Shown here in pieces: positions 48,400 through 61,913 of a stretch of DNA of 64,000 nucleotides; positions within the stretch are counted from its first letter, which is position 1; every line of letters starts with the position of its first letter. The notes below the pieces were generated by a model. The model did not search any database. It was not told where the DNA came from and worked only from the letters and a program-made list of their open reading frames with translations. This stretch comes from Kudoa neothunni. Its lineage: Eukaryota; Animalia; Cnidaria. The position numbers were made by a program, and so were the translations under genes. The stretch spans positions 1,380,733-1,444,732 of the forward strand of contig OZ199840.1 in NCBI GenBank assembly GCA_964304625.1. The letters run 5' to 3'.

Positions 48400-51184
48400 A
48401 TGGAGGAGGATCTTGTTCAGTATATTCGAATGAATGCTCATTTGATGAAAAAAAAATATGTAGAATTCCTACTTAACAAATGCTCAATCCAATTTATATC
48501 TAATCTGTAGAATGATGACGGAGTTTCTACTGATTCATTGATCTATTCATCTAAAATGCTTCAAATACTACGTCAGGACTACCAACCAAGGAAATATTAC
48601 GATGCATGTAATTCAGCGCTTGAGCATAATTCTTCCAACCTTAAATTAATCCAACGAAAAATTATTAGACACTCAAGTGGTACAAGAGTTGTCTCTTTTG
48701 GCTTTGGATTTGATGGATTGTTCCGAAGAAAGAATAACCCATTTTTATGACCAAGTTCAATTGGACGCTTTCGCTGTGCCACGAATGTACATGCTTATAC
48801 TGATGGGAAGTATAGCAATCAAAAAAAAGGTTGACACGTTGGTAACAATTGTGCAAGATATTCATGAGATGTGTCGATGTGTTCAACACCCAATTAGAGG
48901 AATGTTTGTACGTTACTATCTCATCACCACATTGAAAAGTTTGATTCCTAACAGTAGAGACGAATGGTAGTGTTTGATTTTAGTTTTGTTTTCAATTGAT
49001 ATATGCATGTTTTAGTGAGGACCCTGATACTTTTGATGAATTGGTACATTATGTGCTGCAAAATTTCACCGAAATGAATAAACTCTGGGTACGGATGCAA
49101 TATTTAGCATCTCCAGAAGACAAAAAACGTATCGAAACGGAACGCTCAGAGTTGAAAATATTGCTAGCTTCAAATCTTGTGAAATTAAGCGAAATGTGTG
49201 GTGATGATGTCGAGTTTTATGAAAAGGTTTTTTCGTTAATTTCACACCAGTTATAAAACTAATTGTTTGCTACTCACTTAGAGCGTACTCAAAACCATAA
49301 TGAACGATATTATCGTAAGCAATGATCCGTTCGCGGAAGAATTTCTTTTCGAATGTATCCTCAATATATTTCCCGAATCGTTTCATGCCAACAAACTCAA
49401 TTCCATGGTTGAAATGTTGAGCAGTCTGAATGAGAAGGTCGATTTTGGACGTTGCTTCATTATGCTCTGTGAAAGAGTCCAACTTACGATTACCACTTTG
49501 ATAGCGGAAAATAAAAAAGATTATGCCGGACAGTTGTTGCTGTCCCTACTAAAATCGCTTGAGATTTTTGACGTGAAAGTATTTCCTCCTTATGAGATTG
49601 TCAGCTGTTGTATATTCCGTCATTAAGGGAGCGGCTAAAATCAACATGTCCACACGATTACTATTCTACACTGCTTTACTCACCACTGTTATTAAGACAT
49701 TCCCTGAGAGACTAGACTATATGGATGAGTTGCTTGGCCAAATCATTAAAGGAATCGATATCGATGAAATCACTCCTGAGACCAACGAGGACATTAATCA
49801 GTTGATGAGCAATGTGATCGATAATAGCACAGATGTCAACGTGATGTTGTCTATTCCAACTTTCATTCCTCTTTTCAAAATTCTCTCTCATAAAACCTCA
49901 CTCTCGTGTCATATTATTGACAAATCTATTGAACAAGAAATCACACTGAAAACTTCAACCGAGGTAACCTTATTTTGTGACTCTGTTGTGTGTCATAGTT
50001 GATTTTTACTTCAGATTTCCAATATGGCGACAATCGCTTATCCCATATTGACAGAAAAATACGATGTGGAGGATGTGTCTGGCAGTGAAGAATCGTGGGG
50101 CCATGTTTGTCAATTGATTCGTCTAGTAAAGTCAAAAAACCCCTCCGACAAACTTGATCTTTTTAGACTCTTGAGAAAAGAGCTATTCCAAAACGTTCAT
50201 CCGCCTGCCTTACGAATCGTAATGCACACACTCGTTATGGAAGTAAACGAGCTTATGGACCTGGAAAATTTCAAAAAGAATGCTTCAGAAACCGATTACA
50301 ACTCATACATGAAAGAATTAAGTCAATTTATTTTCAACTGCTCCAAACTCCTCTCCACCCCAGACGATTCAGACCTTGCTATCGAATTCTTCATGATGAG
50401 TTCCATTAGAATGGACAAGTTCGACTTTGAGTCGAAAGATGAAATCACCAGAGAATTCCTAAGCAAGGTAAAGTTCCTACTCATTATTATTCGTTAGAAT
50501 TTGATTTGTTTTAATTTTATAGGTTTTCACCTACTACGAAGAGGATATTCTCGATAATAGAACCCAATTGACACAATTAAAATCAATTATTTCGAGTATT
50601 TATAAAATGAAACATTTGTCCAATGAAAATCGAAACTGTTACTATCAACGTTGTGTGCAATTATCGTTGAAACTGCTGAAGAAACAGGATCAATGCTCAG
50701 TCACTCTTCAAGCAGTAAAACTCTATTATGTACCCAACAACGAAGAATCGCAAGTAATTCGATTTTTTATGTTGCTTAATTCATTTTTTCTAATGGTAAA
50801 GAAGTTAATTATTTTTGAATTTTTTTCGTAGAAAAAAATCAACAATCTCCTCAATCGACTCGAAAAAATCATCTCCCAATGCATGGATGATGATGTTAGA
50901 ATCGAATGTTGCATTGAGATTCTTGAAAGCTACATCTATTATTATTCTCTTTCTTGTCCAGATGTATTTCTTTTGATTAATTTTGTAGTAGCTTGTTTTT
51001 AATTTTTTTTCTCTAGATCACCATTGATAACATTCGCTCTTTATATGGAAAAATAAAAGCCGATGTTCATCTTCTTACCCCTAGCAACAAGTCTATGCAA
51101 TTGTTAGTCGATCACTTTGGTGAAGTTTGTAATTTCATTCAACGCAGTCATCCGACTTTGTGGTCAAGTCTTGATTCGTCGTGA
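48400..51184 (+). CDS. VPS35: Retromer subunit VPS35, multi-exon
   Basis: PRKYYD, VPRMYMLI, EMCRCVQHPIRGMFVRYYL, LQNFTEMNKLWVRMQ, ERSELKILL and KLLKKQDQC. Confidence 0.95.
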
Positions 51185-52118
51185 CCTATAACACGTTTGG
51201 TACTAACTTCAACCATTTTTCATAGAAACTAACTCGATATTTACCCACATTCACACGTTTATTTTTTCCTTATATTAAAAGTTTATTTAATTAAATTGAG
51301 TATGTAATAAGTTTTATTCTTTAAATTTTAACCACGCTCAGTCTCTTTTCGAAGCTTGAAGCTATGGACCTAATGCGAATACGACCCAATTAGCAACTAT
51401 CTTATTTTTCTAATAAGTTTTGTGGCATCATTATTTTTTTGGTTTTCTATGCCTCTTCCCTTTTTAAGCCGTATGTGTTTCCAGCTGAATTCAATTTCAA
51501 ATAAACGTTTATCAACCCAGGTGCACGAATCAGTCCTTCCTCATTAACTCATTCAGGTTTCGGGGTGTTGTTTTCGACTTACTAAATATAGCGCGATGTT
51601 TTTAATCGTAGAATTAACATATGAAGTATGTAACATAGAGTTATATTTATTATATAAATAATATGTAGTAAATAAATAATTCTGCGATTCACGTATGAAC
51701 GAATTATTGAATTCTGGGGATCGAAGCCTCTAAATGTTATTATGGCGTATTTTTTTCTATTTCTTATTTTTTAAATCAGTTTAATGTGTAAAAAAATTTT
51801 TAGTTATTGAAATGATATAAAAAGAGTGAAAGTTGAAATATATTAGATACATCAATCTCACGTTTATTAAAAATGATTTTTGAGGTAACAGTACATATAA
51901 AGTGTTTAAATTTCTGTATTAAACATTGTAATATAAAGATTGTGATAAAATTAATTTCATAATGATTCAATAGATCTGTTGAATCAACTCAAAAATTTGT
52001 TCGAGGTGTTTAGGTTAATGAACTTGAATATTATAATTTATAAATTTCAACATCAACGTTTAGGACTCGAGTCGATCATAAACGATTGCTAATTAAGTAC
52101 AGGAAGGTCTCGATATAG

Positions 52119-53165
52119 CAGAGGTGGCCAGACTTGCCTAGATCGGGAGCCAACTTTGATGTTGTCCAAATTTTCAAGAGTCAAAAGACATTAAAATCAT
52201 TTATGTACCCCTTTCCTAGTTAAAACTTACATTTGTGGAAAATTTTCGGCAAATATTAAGATAAGATGTTGTGGAATTATAAATAAAGGATTCTTTATTT
52301 TTTTATTCGGTGAATTTCTGGAAAGCTCGCATATAATTTTTACAGGTATGATTTATGAAGGTTTTCCAAAAAAGTAAATTAGTAGTTAATAATCCAAGAA
52401 ACTTGCTCTCTGTGAAAAAGATAGCAAAATTGACGAAATATATTTCATGTTAAATCATATATGGTAGTCAGATAAAAAATAAAAATATTTACGAATAAAG
52501 TAATAACACAAGGATTTAATGCTTTGAGAAATTTTTTTTAGACATTGTTTCTAATGTCACAGGTTCTTTATGTTTCCGTATTATCAGTGAGCTGACGGTA
52601 ATCTGGTTCGTACACTGTTAATGCTGTGCGAATTAGTTCCGTGAGGTGTTTGTTTGTGAAGGATTTGCGATGATTCGGGTTTACAAACTTCATCGTTAAA
52701 TAAATAGACTCAAACCAGTAAGTTGTTCCAAAGATATGGATACGTTTGAGGCAAATTTCTTTTAATTTTGAATATTTAGTTTCTTGAATGTATTCCCAAA
52801 ATTCGCTTGGTGCGTTGGAATTATGAATCATTTTTAAAGTTTTAAAGCGTTTTTTATTCTTTCTACATCTATCACTTTGGTAATGGATAAACACTAATTC
52901 TAATCGTATTTCGTAATAAAACTAGTAATAATTTTAATTTTCATCGAATATTAAAATTATATGGTAATTTGTACCTTTGTTTTCTAATCAAAAATATTAT
53001 CTAGTTTACGATTAATGAGTTCATTTCTTCGCTTGATTAAGTAATCCAAACTTTATATTTTTGGGAATAAACATGCTGGTTAATTAAAAAAAATTAGACC
53101 ACAAAAATTTTTTCGAGAACTACACCATAACGTTCAAAGAGCCACACCACATGTGACCATTCCTG
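52119..53165 (-). mobile_element. hAT (Buster/SPIN/GTF2IRD2-like) internal-deletion derivative retaining the transposase C-terminus (ORF 52568-52894)
   Basis: FW...KYSKLK...IFGTTYWFESIYLTMKFV..NHR..TNKHL..L hAT dimerisation-domain motif. Degenerate TIRs CAGAGGTGGCCAGA and TGTGACCATTCCTG. Confidence 0.8.
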
Positions 53166-54054
53166 CTATACATAAATTAAAGTTTTTAGAATCTGTTATA
53201 TTTAATTATTTATGATCGGCCGCTACATTATTGGGGCCAAGAATAATTAAATGTAGTCAAGACTAACGGCATCTGTGTATTATTTACCGTGTAAACTCCA
53301 ACTTTCATTTTTCAACCGCCATATTTCTCAATTATAGGTTACAGGTTCCATTTAGTTTTTAGAATTTACTATAACGAAAATTGCATCCAAAAAAATCCAA
53401 TTTAATCTAGTCAATAGACACTCTCAATTTGTTGATAACTTTATGTATATTTTAACGTGTAATTATTTAATTTACATGAAACAAAATATAGATTACGTAA
53501 AAAACTATATTTAAACTTTTATTTAATTCACTTTAATTTAAGTGGTTCTATAACTCATGAAGTTATATTTAAAAGAGTGTTGATTCTAATCAGTATTATA
53601 AAATTTTTTAAAGTATTTTGGTAAATATAAAATAATTAAAATTGATCATGCTCCAATTTTTAAATCTATAATTGAATAAATATTTTTTATATCTGTTAAT
53701 GTTAAAAATAATTAGTCAAGCAATATAATAATAAAAATCCAACACAACATTAATTCAAAAAATATCATATTTATCTATTATAAGATAATGCTTATATAAA
53801 TATCTCAAAATTCATAAGTATATGTATGTTTAAGTGTAGTAATATTTAGCACATAATAGGAATTATAGTTTAAGGCAAATGATAGTATAAAATTTTTAAA
53901 TTACTTTATTTCCAAAAAGTGTATCAGAAATCAAATTTTATTTTATAGTAAAACTTAAAAACGCGTATATCTGACATGTTATGAACCGAACGGTAATAAA
54001 CCTATAGGAGCGTGAAATGGTCGGGTGACTTCGCGCAACACTAGCCTAACATAG

Positions 54055-57000
54055 ATGGTTGAGACGGATATGATTGCAGCTGCTGAAATTCGTAGTCAGT
54101 TTATTAATTTTTTCAAAAATAAGTATGCTCACAAATTCGTCCCATCCAGTTCAACAATACCACATGACGATCCAACATTGTTATTTACAAATGCGGGAAT
54201 GAATCAAGTAATTTAACGAATCCCAATATTTTAACTTTTTTTTAAATTTATAATATCATTCATTTTTAGTATAAAAACATTCTGCTTGGAACAGTAGATC
54301 CTAACTCTTCATTTGCAACTCTAAAGAGAGCTTGCAATTCTCAAAAATGTATTCGTGCTGGTGGTAAACATAACGATTTAGATGATGTCGGAAAAGACGT
54401 ATATCATCATACATTTTTTGAAATGTTGGGAAATTGGTCATTTGGGGATTATTTCAAGCGTGAAGCAATAGAAATGGCATGGCAACTTTTGACAAACGAA
54501 TGGAAACTTCCGCCAGAGAGACTTTATGTCACCTATTTTCAAGGCACATCTAACCTACCTGAAGATATTGAAGCAAAGGAGATTTGGAAGTCACTTGGGC
54601 TACCAGATGAGCGAGTTATCCCATTTGGTATGAAAGAAAATTTTTGGGAGATGGGTGACGTCGGTCCTTGTGGTCCATGTTCCGAAATTCATTTTGACCG
54701 GATTGGAAACAGAGATGCCAGTCACTTGGTCAATATGGATGATCCTGATGTGTTAGAAATCTGGAATTTGGTGTTTATGCAATACAATCGAAGTGCAGAT
54801 GGTTCACTGAAAACGCTTCCTGCACAACACGTCGATACAGGCATGGGGTTGGAGAGAATTGTTTCTGTACTTCAAAACAAGCGATCAAATTATGACACCG
54901 ATATTTTCACCCCTTATTTCGATAAGATTCACCAGCTAACTGGTACACGTAAATATAGCGGGAAAGTTGGCAGTGAAGATGTAGATGGCATAGACATGGC
55001 GTATAGAGTTGTTGCTGATCACATAAGGACGCTCACTGTAGCCATCGCTGACCATGGTGAACCTGATAACACCGGAAGAGGTTACGTACTGAGAAGAATA
55101 TTGAGACGTGCAATTAGATTCGGAAATGAGAAACTTCAACTTAAACCTGGAATGCTTGCCCAACTTGTCGATGTCGCTATCGACTCATTAAGTTGCATTT
55201 TTCCTGAAGTGAAACATGATCCCGAGCATATAAAAACAGTTGTCATCGAAGAGGAAACCTTATTTTTGAAAACATTGAAGCGCGGAACTACACTGTTAAA
55301 TAGAGAGCTTTCTAAACTACCTACCACATCTACGGAATCTACGCTATCAGGGGACATTGCTTGGAAATTACACGACACTTACGGATTTCCTATCGATCTA
55401 ACTTGTCTAATTGCTGAAGAACGCAATGTTAGTGTAAATATGGAAGAATTTGAAAAAGCTAAAGCAAAAGCGCAAGAAATAGCACGAGGTAAAACAAATT
55501 TTTCTATTGAAGAACTACTGCTTTCACCGCACGACATTGACCACCTCAACAAAAAGTTGCAAATGCCATACACCGATGCCAGCTACAAATACAACTACAA
55601 CACTACTAACATATCGCCTAATTCAGTTGAATATTCCTTCCCCAGTGTGACAGCCAAAATTTTAGCTATCAAAGTTACTGGGAAAGGTTTTCAGGAGTTA
55701 ACATCCACCGAGGATGACAACGATGTGTGTATCATTCTCGATAGAACGTGCTTCTATGCGGAAGAAGGAGGCCAACTCTTTGACACAGGGTTCATTACTA
55801 GTGACGAAACCGAAATGGTTGTCAATAATGTCCAAGTGTACAACGGTTATGTGGCTCATATTGGAAAAGTTGTGAGTGGCAAATTGCGCGTTGGATTACA
55901 GGTTGAGTGCCAAATCGATGCTGATAGGCGCAGACGATTGATGGATAATCATTCTGCCACCCACGCACTAAATCATGCCCTAAGGACAGTCTGTGGTGAG
56001 GCGGATCAAAAGGGTTCTCTCGTAGCGCCGGATAAATTCAGATTCGACTTTTCTTTCAAGGTAAGTTTTAAAACTTATTTATCCAAAAATAAACTAATTA
56101 GTAATAGCTAAAATTAAGCTAAGTTCATCTTTAAGTACATTGAAAGTTCGAATATCTTGAAATGCTTATTTTATTCGCATTTAGGGAAGTGTCACGCCAG
56201 ATCAGATCAAGAAAACTCAAGATTTTGTGATGAATCTTATCAATGAAGACCACAAATTCTACACCTTTGAGTTGCCATTGAATGAAGCAATGGGAATTCC
56301 TGGCCTTCGTGCCATGTTTGGTGAGGTAATATGAATTTATCTAGCTCGTCAGTATTTAATCGTTACGTTGTAGTCATATCCTAATCCAGTTCGAGTTGTT
56401 ACAGTAGGCATTTCGAAAGAAGACATTAAAACAAACTCGAATGCCGGATATGAATATTCTATTGAATTATGTGGTGGAACGTAAGTTTTTTTATTATGTG
56501 CATATCCTTGCTACATATGCGAATGTATGTTGATTGAGGTTTCAAGTTTTAACGTCCTTCGATTATTATTTAAAATATAACACACAATACACATTGATTG
56601 ATTTGATTTAAAAATGATTTGTAGACATGTTGTTTCGACCAAGCACATTGGAAGTTTTGCTATACTTTCTGAAGGTTCAATTTCGAAGGGTATTCGACGC
56701 ATTGTTGCAGTGACTGGATTAGAGGCTCACAAAGTAACAAATTTGTAGATGATTTGTCGTATTATCGAGTTATAGGCTTTCCATAACAGCAATCTGATTA
56801 ACACAAGAGTTGAGCATATTGATAGTCAATTTTCCTCAGATCCTAACTCACGAAGCAGCGTGGTCAAACAAATTCTCCAACTATTAGACGTAAATAATTA
56901 ACTACAATACTTTAAACAATTAACGTAATAATTGTAATTATAATGGTTTTTGAAAGTACCACAAAGCGTGTCAATCCTACATTGTTAGCCTAATTATTTA

Positions 57001-57405
57001 ACATCAATTCAGTGATTGATCACTTTGGTGATTGTGTTATTTTAAAAGAATAATTTCATTGTTTTTGTTATAGACAAGATTTAAAATTAATAAGCATAAT
57101 GTAATATCTCTTAATATTAATATAAAATTTAGGATATTAACAAAAGCACACTTCCACTAGTTGATAAAAGTCAATATGTCGAAAAGTTGAATAGTATCAA
57201 GCAGAAATGCGACAAAATGAATCGTGATGAGGTTGCAAAGTTACAATCTGAAGTTAATGCTTCTTTTGTTTTGTTGAAATTAATTGTCAATTAGACAATT
57301 GATGAACTGAAACAGCTCTCAATCGGTGAAAGTGTGAAACTCAACTATCTAATTAAGATATTAAACAATCCAAACTGCAACCCCAAAGTATGTCATATTT
57401 CACTA

Positions 57406-57441
<36 letters not shown>

Positions 57442-57791
57442 GGCTTCAAGGTGTTAGATAGTATATATCGGAGTGTAAACCCTGAACTGCCATGCGTGCT
57501 TATAGCAAATGACGAAAAAAATTGTCGTGCCAGTGTACACTGTTCTTTCCCCGCGGTAATCACACCATCCTAAATTTACGTTGAAACTCATAGAATATCA
57601 ATTAGAAATTAGTGTCAAAGGAATTAAACGCCAAGTTCGTGTTGACAAAACTGACTGAAGTATTTGGTGGGAAATCTGGGGGAAAAGACACAATCTCTCA
57701 AGGATTCCTTGAGATTGATGCTTGGGATCACTCCAATCAGGCTCAACTCAAAAGCATACTAACAAATATCATTCAACCGATAAAAAGTTAA
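54055..57791 (+). CDS. AARS1: Alanine--tRNA ligase, cytoplasmic type, multi-exon
   Basis: [43 protein letters not shown] and DTGMGLER. Editing motifs NHSATH and ELCGGT|H are intact. C-Ala domain contains GGKSGG. Confidence 0.97.
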
Positions 57792-57860
57792 TTATAAAAT
57801 TCAATATTATTATTGTTTTCAAATATATAAGTTTATTGTTGAAATGATGCGTGCGATTTT

Positions 57861-58308
57861 CTATTCATCATCCAATGAGAAAGGTTGAGTTTTCGAGCGT
57901 AGGTTTGATTGTTTTTCAATTTGTTGAGCTTTTTCTACCAATTCATCCACATATCCTTCCAGCTGTTCAATCCTACTGGACATAGTATCCACTAGGAATA
58001 ATTACAAAAACTTTGAGTACGCATGCTTACGTTTTGACATTACACTTTGTGTCATTTTGTCCATATTCTCCTGCTACAATACTGTTGTCATGCATTATGA
58101 ATAAATTTAACTAATTTTACCAGTTGGTTTAATGTACTACCTAACTAAAAATAATCAATTACTCCATTGATCAACTAAAACGTAAATCCTTGATTATTAC
58201 GGTGTTAAAAATGGCGTCCTCCTGCATATCCATTAATTGATTATTGGGGCTTATGTTGGAATCATCTATTGATTCATTTTCGTTCGCTTTTTCGTCAAAA
58301 TTTGCCAT
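57861..58308 (-). CDS. HSBP1: Heat shock factor-binding protein 1, 4 exons including a 24-nt micro-exon (missing from the ORF track)
   Basis: Spliced product ...DAIFNT|LGSTLNQL|QENMDKMTQSVMSK|LDTMSSRIEQLEGYVDELV resembles the HSBP1 signature RIDDMSSRIDDLE. Confidence 0.8.
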
Positions 58309-58406
58309 TTAAACCGAGGAGTAGTCAAGTACGCAGCTGTGACGGTGACTACCGAATTTGTTCGGTTTGTTCCGACACCCTGTACTCGTGCTAGATTTGG
58401 TCAGCG

Positions 58407-59052
58407 ATGAGGTAGCTATGATCCGTCATTATTCACCCATTCTGATGTTCGAAATGATAATCGACTAATATCAATTGTTTTTAGCTCTTTAAAGTTACAG
58501 AAAAGATTGGCGGCCAGTGTGCTCGACTGTGGAAAGAAACGAATATGGATGGACCCCAATGAAACCATGGACATTGCTAATGCCAATTCCAGACAGTCCA
58601 TTAGAAGACTTGTAAAAAATGGACTCATTCTAAAGAAGTCTATCACAATTCGTAGTAGATATAGAATCCGTCAACATTTGTTGGCCAAACAGAAAGGTCG
58701 CCATAGAGGTTACGGTAAGAGGAAAGGTACTGCCAATGCTCGTCTGCCCGTGAAAACCGTTTGGATTAAACGACTTCGTGTTCTACGATCCCTTCTCAAA
58801 TACTACAGACAAGAGAGGAAAATCGATTGTCATTTCTATCGAGAACTCTATCTCAAAACTAAGGGAAATGTATTCAAGAACAAGCGAGTTCTCATTGACT
58901 ACATTCATAAACGTAAGCAAGACAGCAAACGCTTGAAGGAACTCCAAGATCAACTTGAAGCAAAAAAAGCCAGATCAAAGTCAAACAAAGCTCATCTTCT
59001 CATGGCTGGTATGCCCGAGAAACCTCAAATGAAAGCTAAAGTAGCTGTCTAA
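58407..59052 (+). CDS. RPL19: 60S ribosomal protein L19 (intron 58412-58484)
   Basis: MS|[26 protein letters not shown]...[17 protein letters not shown]. Confidence 0.98.
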
Positions 59053-60445
59053 TCTGAATGCTACGCTAGTGATTAGATTATATGTTTGTTTGGATAGTCT
59101 TTTTCTTTGAATTCGGCGTTATCAGTCAATAGATTTTCCAATGAATAACGGAATTTTTATTTCGATTAGATTAAGGCGTTATTGATTTGTTGTGATAGTA
59201 TTTATTTTTATGTCTTATAGTTTTTTGATTCAATAGAGTCAGTTGTATTTTTTTATAATGTGGTTTGTTATTTATTAGTATGAGTTTGGATTGGTCGGAG
59301 TTGAATTTTTGATTAAGGTGGTGAAGGGAGGCGTGATTTGATTATCGAGTTAACAGTTATGTGTTTGCGTGGTTTTAGCAGAGTTGTAACTTAAATAAAG
59401 CTTGGTGTGTTTCATGAGGCTATAACTGTTGATGGATGCGAAATTTATCCAAAGTTTAATACCAACTTGCATATACAATGCATTTTCGATCATAAACCAG
59501 TTCTAGAAATGTGTTCCAACTCCGAATAATTTTTACCCATGCAAAATAATGAAAATTGATTTAATCAGTTACTGCACGTTAAATAGATGACTTTTTTTAT
59601 TCTTATTTATGAAAAACCTGCATATCTTGTGTTTATAAAATAAAACAAATAAATATTAAATGTAGGCATAAAAATGAAATATTTTATGATTGTCGTACGA
59701 TAGATTATAATGTGCTCTCTTTCGATGACGTTCGCACAATTTTATTGAGCAACCCCTCCTCTGGAATTTCTTTTCTTCTCTGTTTTTGCTCCGACTGGAA
59801 TAATTCTGAATACCCTTTCTATATGTGTTCGAGTTCAAAAGTGATTATAACTCAAAATTTTCGGTCGAACCCCTATTTGTTGATAGAAGGTAGTGTTTCT
59901 TTTATCAAATTTGCAAGAGTTTATTATTTTTTGACTACTACCATGACCTTATGTAATAGAAGTAATGAATTAGAAATTAATCTACGCATTGAAAATTAAA
60001 TTTGCCTGATATAATATAAAATGTGTTGATTATATATTGGTTCCCTTTATTTTCTATGACAAATTTCTAATCGAATACTTTTTTATTCTAATTGTTATTA
60101 AATAATCGCATTATATAATACGTTTGATATAATGATAAATAACAAATAACTTAGGTAATAAGGATAATTTGTTGGTAACACTGCAGAATATTGGACGTAA
60201 TCCAAATCAGCGGCCGCGAAAAAAACGACACTGTTGATTATTTTATGTTTTGTGAGAAGTGGCTATAACAACAGATAATAATTATCCAGGTGGGTGTAAC
60301 TAAATACAACATATTCTAAAAAATCAACTTTACATATCAACTCTAAGTGGGAGTTTCTGCGGTTAAAATGGACAAGACGCATGAATAGACGCCATTTAAA
60401 GTAAAAAATATTCGTCGCGATCGCCACTACCTTAAATATTTACTG

Positions 60446-61148
60446 CAGTGTCTCCCAACGTGGGACGGGAATAAATTCTCAGGGACACGGAAATTTGTGA
60501 AATTTTAATGAAGCGCAGAAAATCCTAAGTATTGGTGACGAATAATGGAGAGATAATTAGGCAGTATGACGTACTTTGAAGTCATTATCGCGATTTTCGA
60601 TATTGTTTATTTATAACTGGCGATTAATGTCATAAAACAACGCAAAAAGCAGTGATTGACTGGGTAAAAATTAACATTAATATTTAACGTGTCCTTCACC
60701 GGAATATAATCAGAATGGTTTGAGGCTAAATTTTGACGCATTTAGAATTGTGTATCTCCCTTTTGATTAATTAATATAATATAATAATTTAAATAAATTA
60801 TTTATTTATTTTTATGATTTATTTTCGGCTCGTTAGCCTTATATACCCGAAAGTCCTTCCTAATGAAGGTCGGATTACCATGAGTTTCACTCGATGTCGT
60901 TTTTGACGAACTGGAGATACTAATTTTTAAGACCCATCGATAAATCGCATTGAATCTGATCGAACACATCTTAATTTGAATGAGAAAAGAAATATATAAT
61001 AATTGCTTTCAATTTCTAATGCAATGGGAGCTTTATTCAAAATTATCAACGGTTTAAGTATAAAAAATTAGTATTCTTGAAAAGGTGGGCACAGAACTTT
61101 TTTTCAAGAAAAAATAGGACATAATAAAAAAATGGTTAGGAAATTCTG
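60446..61148. mobile_element. hAT MITE, family copy B (inverted, diverged homologue of 46167-46888)
   Basis: Collinear matches to the reverse complement of copy A at both ends (CAGTGTCTCCCAACGTGGG; GGGCACAG...GGTTAGGAAATTCTG) and internally (GTATGACGTACTTTGAAGTC; CCATCGATAAAT). Confidence 0.75.
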
Positions 61149-61913
61149 TCTTAAAGGGTTAATATTATTTCGGAACTGACAAAATGAGGACTAATAAATA
61201 ATTTTACTAACATTTTTAAATAGCTCAAAGAGACATTTTTGGCATTTTAAATGACCAGTTTCTTCATTTATATGTAAAAATGTTTAATTTGATTATTTTT
61301 AAACAATATGCATTTCATCTGCATGATGAAAAGTCTAACCTCGTCGGTTTCGAGAACTTGGATCCCCACGGGTACAATATAATTCCAATGCAACGTATAA
61401 AGTGTAAAACTTAATCGCCTCTGCGGTGGAAAACTTAATGATCAAAACAGTGGATAGGAAGTTAGTGAGATTCCAAAGTATTATATTTTAATATCATTGT
61501 GAATATTGGTAAATGCCACAAAGGAAAAATGTCTAAAATTTTTATAGGAAAAAAATATTGTAAGTATAATGACAAATTTTCTAAAAACGCCTCAATACGT
61601 CATATTATTAAAAATACATTAAGTAAAAATAAGGCTATAATAATTTTTACTCAATGATTTTTTTAATAACAATTTTAGAGGTTGCTCCTAATAAAATTGA
61701 TCCCCGGAGTACTAGGCCAACTACTAGGTAACATTTCCAATAAAATTATCAAAAGAATATAATTTTATATTCATCATACCATTAGGAATTTTTGATCGGA
61801 ACATCTAATTAGTTGTATTTTGCAAAAAAAATCATTGGTATCCTAACAAAATATCTAGCAATAGTACTAACCATAATAAAATATTTTGAGTAACAAAAAT
61901 TGAAATATAGCTT

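Noticed and set aside
58412-58484. Possible C/D snoRNA in the RPL19 intron
   Set aside because: CTGA is present, but there is no proper upstream RTGATGA box or terminal stem, and the intron is only 73 nt.
59656-59900. Basic ORF resembling a Tc1 HTH linker
   Set aside because: Too short and degenerate, with no TIR or catalytic motif found.
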